Shown one piece after another: positions 9,035 through 18,097 of a stretch of 64,000 nucleotides of DNA. Location: positions 1 through 64,000 of the forward strand of contig JBHLMQ010000002.1 in NCBI GenBank assembly GCA_048938005.1. Direction: 5' to 3'. Numbering within the stretch: position 1 is the first letter of the stretch; every line of letters starts with the position of its first letter. The position numbers and the translations under genes were made by a program. Source of the DNA: Promethearchaeota archaeon (lineage in GTDB: Archaea; Asgardarchaeota; Lokiarchaeia; Sigyniarchaeales; SOKP01). The notes below the pieces were generated by a model. That model ran no database searches. It was not told the origin of the DNA and saw nothing but the letters and a program-made list of their open reading frames with translations.

Positions 9035-9598
9035 ATGCTATTAGATAATATTGATCGACAAATTATAGCTGAATTGTTTAAAGAAGGTCGTCAAAGCCTA
9101 ACAAATTTAGAAAAAGTAATTTATAAATTTGGTGATGAAACTATGAGTCATACAGGAATAGCAAAACGAATTTCAAAATTAGAGGAATCTGAAGTACTCA
9201 AGGTTCAAGCTAACTTAAACCTTAACAAACTAAAATATAAAGCTCTTTTCATATTAATCGAAATGAGTAATTTTGATGAAGTACAAAATATTATTAAAGC
9301 CTATTCTGAGTGCCCAAGAGTTTTTCTGCTTGCTCAAGTTACGGGACAATATAATTTGATATTAGGAATCATCGGGCAAAATGTTGAAGTGCTTCATCGA
9401 TATATCAATTATTGCGGACCTACAAATAAAAAAGGGATACTTCACTCTGCTGTAATATTTGTATCCGATCTCATCAATCCAAGATTTTTACCAATTAATT
9501 TATTCAGCCAAAAAAGTCAAGAAGAGAAATGTGGGAATATATGTAATGATTGTGCAGCATTTCTTGATGGAAAATGCAATGGTTGTGGTAACTTTTAA
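9035..9598 (+). CDS. Lrp/AsnC-family regulator with Cys-rich tail, close paralog of 8066..8629
   Basis: Same length (187 aa). Shares identical blocks AYSECPRVFLLAQVTGQYNL, HRYINYCGPTNKKGILHS and KCGNICNDC.AFLDG.CNGCGNF. Confidence 0.88.
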   Translation: MLLDNIDRQIIAELFKEGRQSLTNLEKVIYKFGDETMSHTGIAKRISKLEESEVLKVQANLNLNKLKYKALFILIEMSNFDEVQNIIKAYSECPRVFLLAQVTGQYNLILGIIGQNVEVLHRYINYCGPTNKKGILHSAVIFVSDLINPRFLPINLFSQKSQEEKCGNICNDCAAFLDGKCNGCGNF

Positions 9599-10174
9599 GT
9601 TTATACTCTAAATGGTATTCCTAATTTTTAAATCAAAATATTATAGGCTTGGCATCTTGGTTTTCAATTCTTTTTAAATATATATATTTTTAAAGGAATA
9701 ATAAGCTATTTAGGTTCAAAATGTATATAATTTAAAAGATTTAGTTTTTCTTTTGTCATTTAATTTTTGAATAAACATTCGATATTTCAAATAGATGAAA
9801 ATTATAATTGGATTTTGAATCCTTAGCTTTAATTTAGCATCTTTGACTATTTTTTAAAATTAAAACCTTTAATTAACTTTTACCTACAATATTTTTTAGT
9901 AATAGTAAGATGAATATTGATCAGATTAATACAAAATTTTATTATTTGTTTAAATAAAAATTTAACTTCTAATTTGATAAAAGAAAGCGTTCTATAAGAG
10001 TCAATAAAATATTTTGAATATTTATTCATATTCATTAATTTAAATAAATATAACTAAATTTTAGATTAATCAGAAGTTTTTAATAAAGTTATGAATAAAT
10101 AAACTCAACTAATTAATTTATTACAAATTAGCTAACTTAATTATATAAAAAATACAATAAAAAATTGATAAAAA

Positions 10175-11497
10175 ATGGCTGTAAAAGTAGCATTCGTACA
10201 AAATTCTGATTGCTGGGGCTGTCATCAGAGTTTGCTTAATTTGCATTTAGGTTTACTCAATGTTCTCCCAGCATTAGAGATTGTCTATTGGCCAGCTGTA
10301 GTAGATTTCAAGTATGATTCGTTGAAAGCAAGAGAAGATGGTGAGATTCTGGTAGGTTTTATTGAAGGAAGTTTACGAACTAAACATGATGTTGCTCAGA
10401 CGAAACTACTCCGACAAAAAAGTGCTTTAATTATCGCATTTGGTAGTTGTGCATGTTATGGGAATGTGCATGGATTAGCTAACCAATGGAGTAAAGATGA
10501 ATTAGTCAAACGCAAATTTTCTGAGGTTGAAAGTATAGCTGATGAGAGCGGAGGAGAACCGATGATTAATACTCCCGGATTTACAGATAAGATAGTACCT
10601 GTGGATGAAATTATAAAAGTTGATGCTTACATGTCTGGATGTCCTCCAAAACCAGAAGCTATTGCTAGTGCAGTTGTTTTCTTATTAGGGCAAAAACCAT
10701 TTCCAATGAATGATTTAGCATTTTGTAACGATTGTAGTATCAAAGATAATTGTTTATTGGATAAAGGGACATTATGTTTTGGGTCAATTACTAGTATCGG
10801 TTGCAGTTTAAAATGTACAAGTGATGGTACGCCTTGTGTTGGTTGTTTTGGTCCTGCTAAGACTGTTGATTCTAGAGCTGAAAAGCTAAATAATATGGCA
10901 AATAATCTTGGAGCTCTCGATTCAGGGGATAAAAAAAGTCTTTACGAATTTTTACCTTTATTTTTAAATGTTCCTCTTATGGCTGGATTTGATCTTGCGG
11001 GTGATATTTTAAAACAAATAAAAAGGCGTGGTTCTCCTGAAACTCCTTTAGCGAATCTTCCTCCTACGACTGAAGAAATAGCTGGAAAGTTAATGGGATT
11101 CCTTAGAGATAATCGAGATTTCACAGAAAAATCAAATGTTTGTGACACTTGTCCAAGAATAATTGGAAGTAAATCAACAATGACAAGAGTTAAGCGTGAT
11201 TACGAAGGTCTTCCAAATATGGAGGATTGTTTTATAGAGCAAGGTTATATCTGTATGGGACCTGTTACTAATGCTGGTTGCGGTGGAATGTGTATAAAGG
11301 TTAATTCACCCTGTACTGGTTGTTTTGGTCAAACAGAATGGGGTGTTAATCAAGCAGAGCGATTTGCAGATACAGTGATTAAAGGATTTAATGTGAGTTT
11401 ATCAAAAGATGAATTATTGAGTCAAGTGAAAGATCATATAGGTACATTTGAGAAATTTACTTTAGCAGCAAATAGAAACTTTAAAGGAGGCGAATAA
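10175..11497 (+). CDS. mvhG: Group 3c hydrogenase small subunit (MvhG/VhuG) with duplicated C-terminal Fe-S module
   Basis: DCWGC, FIEGS, AFGSCACYG and GCPP motifs, then two CxxC..C..C.G..T..GC...C....PCxGCFG modules. Confidence 0.9.
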   Translation: MAVKVAFVQNSDCWGCHQSLLNLHLGLLNVLPALEIVYWPAVVDFKYDSLKAREDGEILVGFIEGSLRTKHDVAQTKLLRQKSALIIAFGSCACYGNVHGLANQWSKDELVKRKFSEVESIADESGGEPMINTPGFTDKIVPVDEIIKVDAYMSGCPPKPEAIASAVVFLLGQKPFPMNDLAFCNDCSIKDNCLLDKGTLCFGSITSIGCSLKCTSDGTPCVGCFGPAKTVDSRAEKLNNMANNLGALDSGDKKSLYEFLPLFLNVPLMAGFDLAGDILKQIKRRGSPETPLANLPPTTEEIAGKLMGFLRDNRDFTEKSNVCDTCPRIIGSKSTMTRVKRDYEGLPNMEDCFIEQGYICMGPVTNAGCGGMCIKVNSPCTGCFGQTEWGVNQAERFADTVIKGFNVSLSKDELLSQVKDHIGTFEKFTLAANRNFKGGE

Positions 11498-11500
11498 AAA

Positions 11501-12808
11501 ATGGGAAAAGAAATAGTTGTAGAACCTGTTACAAGATTAGAAGGGCATAATATGCTTAAAGTTATTCTTGGAGACGACGGAAATGTGCAAGATGTTCAAT
11601 TTAGTATTACTACTACAAGATTTTTTGAGAAATTTCTAGAAGGTCGTTATTGTGAACATATTCCAAGAATCACACCAAGAATTTGTGGAATTTGTCCAAT
11701 ACCACATCACCTAACACCTACAAAAGCAGTAGAAGATGCTTGGGGTGTTCAAATACCTCCTGCGGCATATAAACTACGTGAATTGTTACAGAACGCAAAA
11801 CAATATTCATCACATGCTTTACATTTCTATGCATTAGCGGCTCCTGACTTCTTATTAGGACCTTTTGCTGATCCTGCTTTAAGAAATGTAGTGCATGTAA
11901 TCAATCAGATGCCAGATGTGGGTGCTATGGCTTTAAAGATGATGGATTTTGGCCAAAAACTATGTGAGGCTGTTGGTGGTAAATCAGTTCATCCTATTTC
12001 TGCCATTGTTGGTGGTATGAAAAAGCCCTTGGATGAAGATGTACGTGATTTGTTCTTAAAACAAATTGAGGATCAGGTTGAATGGTCAAAAAAAACGGTT
12101 GAGATTGGATTAAAAGTTGTTGAAGATTACTGGGATGTTGTAGCAAACGTAGGAGTTGTTCCCACATATTATGTTGGTATGACTAAAAATGGAGTTCATG
12201 ATATTTATGATGGAGATATTCGTGTTGTATCCCCTAATGGAGAAAAATTTGATTATCCGCCACAAAAATATCTAGACGCCTTAGGAGAACATATACCAAA
12301 GCATTCTTATGCAACACACATGTATTATAAACCCGCTGGATATCCTGAAGGGATATATCGAGCAAATACATTAGCTATGATAAATTGTGCTGATAAAATG
12401 GCTACACCCTTAGCTGATGAAGCTCTACGGGCAATGAGAGAGAAAGTAGGTACAAATGTTATTCATCATACGTTTGCTTATCATTGGGCTCGATTAATTG
12501 AATTAGTTGAGTCTATTGAAATGATAGCAACACTCCTTCAAGATGATGATGTTGTTAATCCAGATTGCAAAACATTAGATGTACAACCTAGAGAAGGTAA
12601 TGGAGTAGGAATCACTGAAGCTCCACGTGGATTGCTTTTGTATAATATATGGTCAGATGCAGAAGGAATATGCAAAAAGGCAAATCTTTTAGTCGCAACG
12701 AACCATAATATTGCCGGGATTGAAAAGACATTAATGCATGTTGCTAAACAAGTATTTGAAGACAAGGCACTTGATGGTTTAAAATTACCAGACCCATGGA
12801 TTAAATAA
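11501..12808 (+). CDS. vhuA: Group 3c hydrogenase large subunit lacking the C-terminal Ni motif (VhuA-type)
   Basis: EPVTRLEGH, RFFEKFL.GR, RICGICPIPH (L1) and EAPRGLL; ends LPDPWIK with no DPCxxC. Confidence 0.92.
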   Translation: MGKEIVVEPVTRLEGHNMLKVILGDDGNVQDVQFSITTTRFFEKFLEGRYCEHIPRITPRICGICPIPHHLTPTKAVEDAWGVQIPPAAYKLRELLQNAKQYSSHALHFYALAAPDFLLGPFADPALRNVVHVINQMPDVGAMALKMMDFGQKLCEAVGGKSVHPISAIVGGMKKPLDEDVRDLFLKQIEDQVEWSKKTVEIGLKVVEDYWDVVANVGVVPTYYVGMTKNGVHDIYDGDIRVVSPNGEKFDYPPQKYLDALGEHIPKHSYATHMYYKPAGYPEGIYRANTLAMINCADKMATPLADEALRAMREKVGTNVIHHTFAYHWARLIELVESIEMIATLLQDDDVVNPDCKTLDVQPREGNGVGITEAPRGLLLYNIWSDAEGICKKANLLVATNHNIAGIEKTLMHVAKQVFEDKALDGLKLPDPWIK

Positions 12809-12850
12809 ATTAAAAATATAGAAAATTAAAGAAAAAAGTGAACAAAAAAG

Positions 12851-13000
12851 ATGAGTGATGTACCAGAAGGTATGGTAAATCTCTTAGAAATGGTAGTTCG
12901 CTGTTTTGACTGTTGACTATCATGTGCTGCTCACATCACAGTTGTTGATGAAGAGGGCACTGAGATTTACTCTCGAAAGATGAACGTAGGCTTAGGATGA
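12851..13000 (+). CDS. vhuU: VhuU selenopeptide carrying the hydrogenase L2 motif; UGA at 12914-12916 read as Sec
   Basis: Manual translation MSDVPEGMVNLLEMVVRCFDC-U-LSCAAHITVVDEEGTEIYSRKMNVGLG*. The TGA falls exactly at the Ni-ligand position of the DP(C/U)xxCxxH motif missing from the upstream gene. Confidence 0.92.
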
Positions 13001-13060
13001 ATATCCAATAAAAATAATAGAAATTGGATATAACTGCCCCTTGCGTGGGGTAAAAGCCTA
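12987..13060 (+). promoter_or_regulatory. Candidate SECIS element overlapping the vhuU stop codon
   Basis: TAGGCTT(12987-93) pairs with AAGCCTA(13054-60). ATGA precedes the stem ATATCCAAT(13001-09)/ATTGGATAT(13023-31) with an A-rich loop. There is an extra hairpin TGCCCC/GGGGTA. The 3' GA of the canonical core is not evident. Confidence 0.5.
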
Positions 13061-13107
13061 TAATTATAAATAATCATTCAAAAAATAAGAAAAAAAGTGG
13101 AAAAAAT

Positions 13108-13614
13108 ATGGAAGCGAATTTTGAATTTAGGAAACAAGTAATGGATTATCATATTGGGCCTGATGTAATTAAATACTGTTATCAATGTAGTAGATGTGCT
13201 GATAATTGTCCTGTAACTGCAGTAACACAAGATTTTTACACAACTACAGGATATAATCCGAGAAATAATATATTAGCAGCATTGTTGGGATATAAAGATC
13301 TGCTCCTTGGTGCGGATGAATTAACAATTTGGGGCTGTACTGTCTGTGATACCTGTGATGAGGTTTGTCCACAAAAAATTGAGCTCACAGAAATTTTTAC
13401 GTTTCTAAAGAATCAAAGTATTTCTCAAGGCCAGGGACCAGAATTTATTTATTCTCAAGCTAAGATGGTTTTCGATAATGCCAAAGCAATTCCCTCACAG
13501 CCTGCGATTGAAAGGCGAAGAGAACAGTTAGGTTTACCGGCTGTCGTAACACCAGATGTAAATGAAGTTCAAACCTTAATGAAAAATATAGGAGCCGAAT
13601 CCAAATTAAAATAA
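13108..13614 (+). CDS. hdrC: Heterodisulfide reductase subunit C
   Basis: CYQCSRCADNCP and WGCTVCDTCDEVCP (two [4Fe-4S] motifs); upstream of hdrB. Confidence 0.9.
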   Translation: MEANFEFRKQVMDYHIGPDVIKYCYQCSRCADNCPVTAVTQDFYTTTGYNPRNNILAALLGYKDLLLGADELTIWGCTVCDTCDEVCPQKIELTEIFTFLKNQSISQGQGPEFIYSQAKMVFDNAKAIPSQPAIERRREQLGLPAVVTPDVNEVQTLMKNIGAESKLK

Positions 13615-13631
13615 TTCGAGGGTAAGAAAAA

Positions 13632-14510
13632 ATGACAGAATATAAAATGTTTGAAGGATGTACGATTGGTAATAGAATTCCCTTTATTGAGGCTGCTTCA
13701 AGAAAAGTTTTTGATAAACTTGGTGTTGAAACTTCGCAAGCACCCTTTTCTTGTTGCCCAGATCCTACGGGTATAAAAAGCTTTGATAATGATGCTTGGT
13801 TAGCAATTGGTGCTAGAAATCTTTGTTTAGCAGAATCGGAAGGAAAAGATATTATATCACTGTGTAACGGATGTGCTAATACTTTAAGAGGAGTACAACA
13901 TCAATTAAAACATGATAGTTTAAAGAAAAAGAAAATCAACTCAGAACTTGCAAAAATCGGAAAAGAATTCAAGGGCTCTATAGACGTAAAGCATTTTGTC
14001 GATGTTTTAAAAGATGAAGTAGGTGTGGATAAAATTAAAGGCGCTATTACAAAACCCTTAACTGGTCTAAAAGTGGCTTGCCATCCTGGATGCCATTATA
14101 TGCGACCAGCAGAATGGATGGAATCTGATGATCCGTTGCGACCAGAAAATTTAAAAAACATGGTGGCTGCTTCTGGTGCTACAGTAGTAGATTATGAAGA
14201 ATTAGCACTTTGTTGCGGTTCAGCTGTAACTAATGCTTATGAAGAGCATGGAATGGCAAACTTAAAGAAAAAAATGGATAGTATTAAAAAGGCAGGAGCA
14301 GATGTAATTGTAGTAAATTGTCCTGCTTGTTTTCAACAATTTGATACAAAACAGAGAGATCTATCAAAGATGTTTGAAATTGAATATGGTATCCCTATTC
14401 TATATCTAACCGAATTATATGCTTTAGCAATGGGATTTAGTCCTGATGAATTAGGATTAAAATTTCATCGTACGAGATTATCTGAAGTATTAGAAAAGCT
14501 TGGTTTATAG
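13632..14510 (+). CDS. hdrB: Heterodisulfide reductase subunit B
   Basis: Two CCG domains: FEGC..SCCP..ARNL..CNGC and HPGCH..CCG..CPACFQQFD. Confidence 0.93.
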   Translation: MTEYKMFEGCTIGNRIPFIEAASRKVFDKLGVETSQAPFSCCPDPTGIKSFDNDAWLAIGARNLCLAESEGKDIISLCNGCANTLRGVQHQLKHDSLKKKKINSELAKIGKEFKGSIDVKHFVDVLKDEVGVDKIKGAITKPLTGLKVACHPGCHYMRPAEWMESDDPLRPENLKNMVAASGATVVDYEELALCCGSAVTNAYEEHGMANLKKKMDSIKKAGADVIVVNCPACFQQFDTKQRDLSKMFEIEYGIPILYLTELYALAMGFSPDELGLKFHRTRLSEVLEKLGL

Positions 14511-14530
14511 ATACTTGAAAATTTTAAAAA

Positions 14531-14564
14531 TTTTATTTTTTTTATTTTCTTTTTATTTATTTTT
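14531..14564 (+). terminator. Oligo-T tract after hdrB, probable archaeal terminator
   Basis: TTTTATTTTTTTTATTTTCTTTTT about 20 nt after the stop codon. Weak evidence given the high AT content. Confidence 0.4.
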
Positions 14565-14809
14565 ACTAATTTTAAGATTAAGTGTGATTTTCATCTGAAT
14601 CTGAAATTTATAAATCTTTTTTTAATCTAATATTTTATCATATTGAGAATTATTTGAAATTACTCAATAGAGTCTTTAAAAATTAAAAATTCTAAATATA
14701 AAACTATTAAAAATGTGAGTTTTAAAACATATGAGAATTAAATACAAATCTTTTATTTTCTTCTGAATATTTTTATATAATATTTAGAATTCTTTCTTAT
14801 TGAGCGCCT

Positions 14810-15094
14810 ATGTGTGATTCAGACGATGATTTTAATACTGATGCTTGGGAGTATTATGATAAAGTAAAGGATGCCCTTTACGGGTTATTTGAAGTTTTAA
14901 ATATAGCATTAGACCCTGAGAGTGTCTACTATCAATGTGGGGTGGATAATTTAGAAGCTCTAAAGAGTAGTTTAATAGATTTACTTATGAAAGATTATGA
15001 TACCTTAGATCTACAAGATACTCTGCGAAAGATTGAGTTCAAGGTGAAAAAGTCTTTATTTTTTGAGTCCTCTCCAAAAAAAAAGAAACAATAA
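14810..15094 (+). CDS. Hypothetical protein
   Basis: 94-aa ORF with protein-like helical composition; no recognised motif. Confidence 0.6.
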   Translation: MCDSDDDFNTDAWEYYDKVKDALYGLFEVLNIALDPESVYYQCGVDNLEALKSSLIDLLMKDYDTLDLQDTLRKIEFKVKKSLFFESSPKKKKQ

Positions 15095-15289
15095 AATCAA
15101 GATAAAAAAAAACTCTAAAATGATATTATAAATATTTTTATATCAATTGCAATAATTTTACCAATCGAATTCTTATTCTATAAGATTTAAATAATAAAGA
15201 GACATTAAATAATTTGGAATGTCTCTATTGTATTTATCTAAGGGATTAATATAAAGTAAAAGAAAAAAAAATGTGGAGTTAAAATACTA

Positions 15290-16081
15290 ATGTTTAATTT
15301 AAATCGTGATGTTCCTTGGTTTTTCCAATACTTGGAAAATTATTATCACTTATTTCTTAATGTAAGATTTAACAATGGCACAGATACTAAAAAAAGTATA
15401 GATTTTTTGGTAGAATTGGGTCTCCAAGGATTTGAAGGATTAATATTCTATATGTACAAACCAGATTTGAAAAAGATCAAATTTGATTTATATAAACATT
15501 CGATAGATCAAACTCATAAAATTAGTGACCTTAACTTTACTTTAAATAATAAATCAATAAATACATTGGATTTTGTTATTATACCTTTTGGGTATTTTAA
15601 AGATGAGCATAAGTTTAATTTGGACATAAGAAGTAAAGAATTAGAATCAAGTTTTGACATTTATGCATGGGCACCCTCAAATCTATATAGACATATAAAA
15701 TCTGTGATTAAAATTGATAACAAATATTCCGAATTAATCCCTTTGGATGATTACAAAGGGTATTACTTCCAATTTCAAAGCTCATTTAAAGGAAATGAAA
15801 CTGGAAGATTATTTGATTTAATTAATCTTCTTGTAGATTTGGATAAAACTTTAGACGAATTAGATAATACACCTATCTTTGAACCTATGGATTCAGAAAT
15901 TAAGTCTTTAATATCGAAAAGTAATGAGTTCTTATTTGAACTTTGTCAGACTTCAGTGCCATTAGATGTAAAAAATATAGTAAGAGAATTAGAACGACTG
16001 AAGTTTAATATTGACAATCTTACAAAAGAAGAAATCTTCAATTGGCTTGATGATTTAATAGATTTTTATTCGGAAAAGTGA
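15290..16081 (+). CDS. Hypothetical protein
   Basis: 263-aa ORF with an upstream GGAG; no recognised motif. Confidence 0.65.
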   Translation: MFNLNRDVPWFFQYLENYYHLFLNVRFNNGTDTKKSIDFLVELGLQGFEGLIFYMYKPDLKKIKFDLYKHSIDQTHKISDLNFTLNNKSINTLDFVIIPFGYFKDEHKFNLDIRSKELESSFDIYAWAPSNLYRHIKSVIKIDNKYSELIPLDDYKGYYFQFQSSFKGNETGRLFDLINLLVDLDKTLDELDNTPIFEPMDSEIKSLISKSNEFLFELCQTSVPLDVKNIVRELERLKFNIDNLTKEEIFNWLDDLIDFYSEK

Positions 16082-16292
16082 ATAAAGCGTTTTTTAAATA
16101 ATTTCAATGATTAGATTTATGTTTCCGTCTTTTTCCTTTGAATTAGAACGAGGATATTGTTAATTAATCAAAACTTTAAACTATTATTCTTTTTGTATTA
16201 TATAAAACTAATAGTTTTAATTTAAAGGGAAAATCAATAATATTCTATAATATTTTATAAAATAATAGATTGAGAAGATACTGAAAAATATT

Positions 16293-16535
16293 ATGTGTCT
16301 TGCGATACCAGGTAAAATCTTAGAAATGGAAGGGAATACTGCATTAGTAGACTTTGATGGGATTAAACAAAAAGTTATCATAGCTTTAATTCAAAATCCA
16401 GAAGTAGGTAAATATGTAATTGTTCATGCTGGCTATGCAATTGAAATTATGGATGAAAAAGAAGCCCAAGATGCAATAAATCAATGGAAAGAGCTCGCAG
16501 AAGATCAAGATTTAGATCTTTCAGATATGATATAA
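16293..16535 (+). CDS. hypC: Hydrogenase maturation chaperone HypC
   Basis: MCLAIPGKI...ALVDFDG...VGKYVIVHAGYAI. Confidence 0.96.
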   Translation: MCLAIPGKILEMEGNTALVDFDGIKQKVIIALIQNPEVGKYVIVHAGYAIEIMDEKEAQDAINQWKELAEDQDLDLSDMI

Positions 16536-16739
16536 TATCAGAATTTAATTTTAGATTAATTTAAAAATTAAATCTAGAAAAAGATAATTTATATTGACCA
16601 AGAACATGCAATATAAATTAAAAGGCATAGTGAAATTAATCACTTTAAATTTTTATTATAGAATTAAATTATCACATAAACATTAAATAAAAACTACTAA
16701 TTTCTAATATAATCCAAAACATTTTTATGCGCAGTTTAA

Positions 16740-18089
16740 ATGAAAAATAAAAAGAGCTATTTAATGATAATTATTTTAATCTTTAGCCATAATTTAATTA
16801 TACAAGAAAAAAACTCTCCTTTTAATGGACACAATAATAATAATATGAATAATTTACCTTATTTATCTACAATTGATAATGTTGCATTTGGATGGAATCG
16901 TACATGGGATGGGAGTAACGCTGATTACGGTTATGGAGTTGCACTGGATTCTTTAAATAATATTTATATCGTTGGAGATATATGGAATTCTGGGACAGGG
17001 TCTTATGATATGGTTTTGGTAAAATATGATAGTTTTGGTGTATACCAATGGAATCGTACTTGGGGTGGAGCTGATGATGATGAGGGTTTTGGAGTAGCAA
17101 TAGATTCCTCAGATAATATATACCTTACTGGAGCAACAAATAGTTATGGAACAGAAGGGTCGCTTGATATACTTCTCGTAAAATATGATAATTCTGGAAT
17201 ATATCAATGGAATCGCACATGGGGTGGAAATAATACAGATGTGAGCTTTGAAATTTCAATAGATTCTTCAGATAATATTTATCTTGTTGGATATATATGG
17301 AGTTTCGTGACTGGCTCTTATGATATAGTGTTGGTTAAATATGACAGTTCTGGAGTATACCTGTGGAATCGGACATGGGGTGGGAGTAATGCTGATTGTG
17401 GTTATGGAGTTGCACTTGATTCTTCAAACAATATTTATCTTGCTGGATACATGTGGAGTTCCGTGACGGGGTCTTATGATATAGTTTTGGTAAAATATGA
17501 CAGTTATGGTGTATACCAATGGAATCGTACTTGGGGTGGAAATAATTTTGATGAGGGCTTAGGAATTGCAATAGATTCATTAAATAATATCTACATCACT
17601 GGAGGTACAGAAAGTTTTAGCATGGGAGGTTATGATATAGTTCTAGTAAAATGGAACAGTTCTGGTGTATTGCAATGGAATTATACATGGGGTGGAGCTG
17701 ATTATGACGAAGGTTTTGGAGTAGCAATAGATTCCTTAGACAATATATTCCTTATTGGATCAACTAGCAAAGGAGAGGGAGATCGTGATGTTGTTCTGGT
17801 AAAATATAATAATGGTGGGATTCCCCAATGGAATCATACATGGGGAGGAATTAATGATGAGGAGGGTTCAGGAATAGCAATAGATTCATTAAATAATCTC
17901 TACATTACTGGAACTACAGAAAGATTTGGGTCGGGAAATTATGATATATTTCTGTTGAGATATAATAAATTAGGGAAAGAACAACCAGCAATTCTTATCG
18001 AGATGATTATCTTAATCTCAATTATTACTGGAGGAGCAGTGATAGGGTTAGCAAGTGTATTATTAATAAGAAGAAAGAGAATAAAATAG
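16740..18089 (+). CDS. Surface beta-propeller (SBBP-like repeat) protein with C-terminal TM anchor
   Basis: Seven repeats of about 52 aa, WNRTWGG..D.G.GVAIDS..NIY..G.....D..LVKYD, then TM plus RRKRIK. Confidence 0.85.
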   Translation: MKNKKSYLMIIILIFSHNLIIQEKNSPFNGHNNNNMNNLPYLSTIDNVAFGWNRTWDGSNADYGYGVALDSLNNIYIVGDIWNSGTGSYDMVLVKYDSFGVYQWNRTWGGADDDEGFGVAIDSSDNIYLTGATNSYGTEGSLDILLVKYDNSGIYQWNRTWGGNNTDVSFEISIDSSDNIYLVGYIWSFVTGSYDIVLVKYDSSGVYLWNRTWGGSNADCGYGVALDSSNNIYLAGYMWSSVTGSYDIVLVKYDSYGVYQWNRTWGGNNFDEGLGIAIDSLNNIYITGGTESFSMGGYDIVLVKWNSSGVLQWNYTWGGADYDEGFGVAIDSLDNIFLIGSTSKGEGDRDVVLVKYNNGGIPQWNHTWGGINDEEGSGIAIDSLNNLYITGTTERFGSGNYDIFLLRYNKLGKEQPAILIEMIILISIITGGAVIGLASVLLIRRKRIK

Positions 18090-18097
18090 TTATAATC

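Noticed and set aside
16890-17970. CRISPR array or diversity-generating retroelement repeats
   Set aside because: The repeats are in-frame coding propeller blades of about 156 bp. There is no repeat-spacer structure, cas gene, reverse transcriptase or adenine-specific variation.
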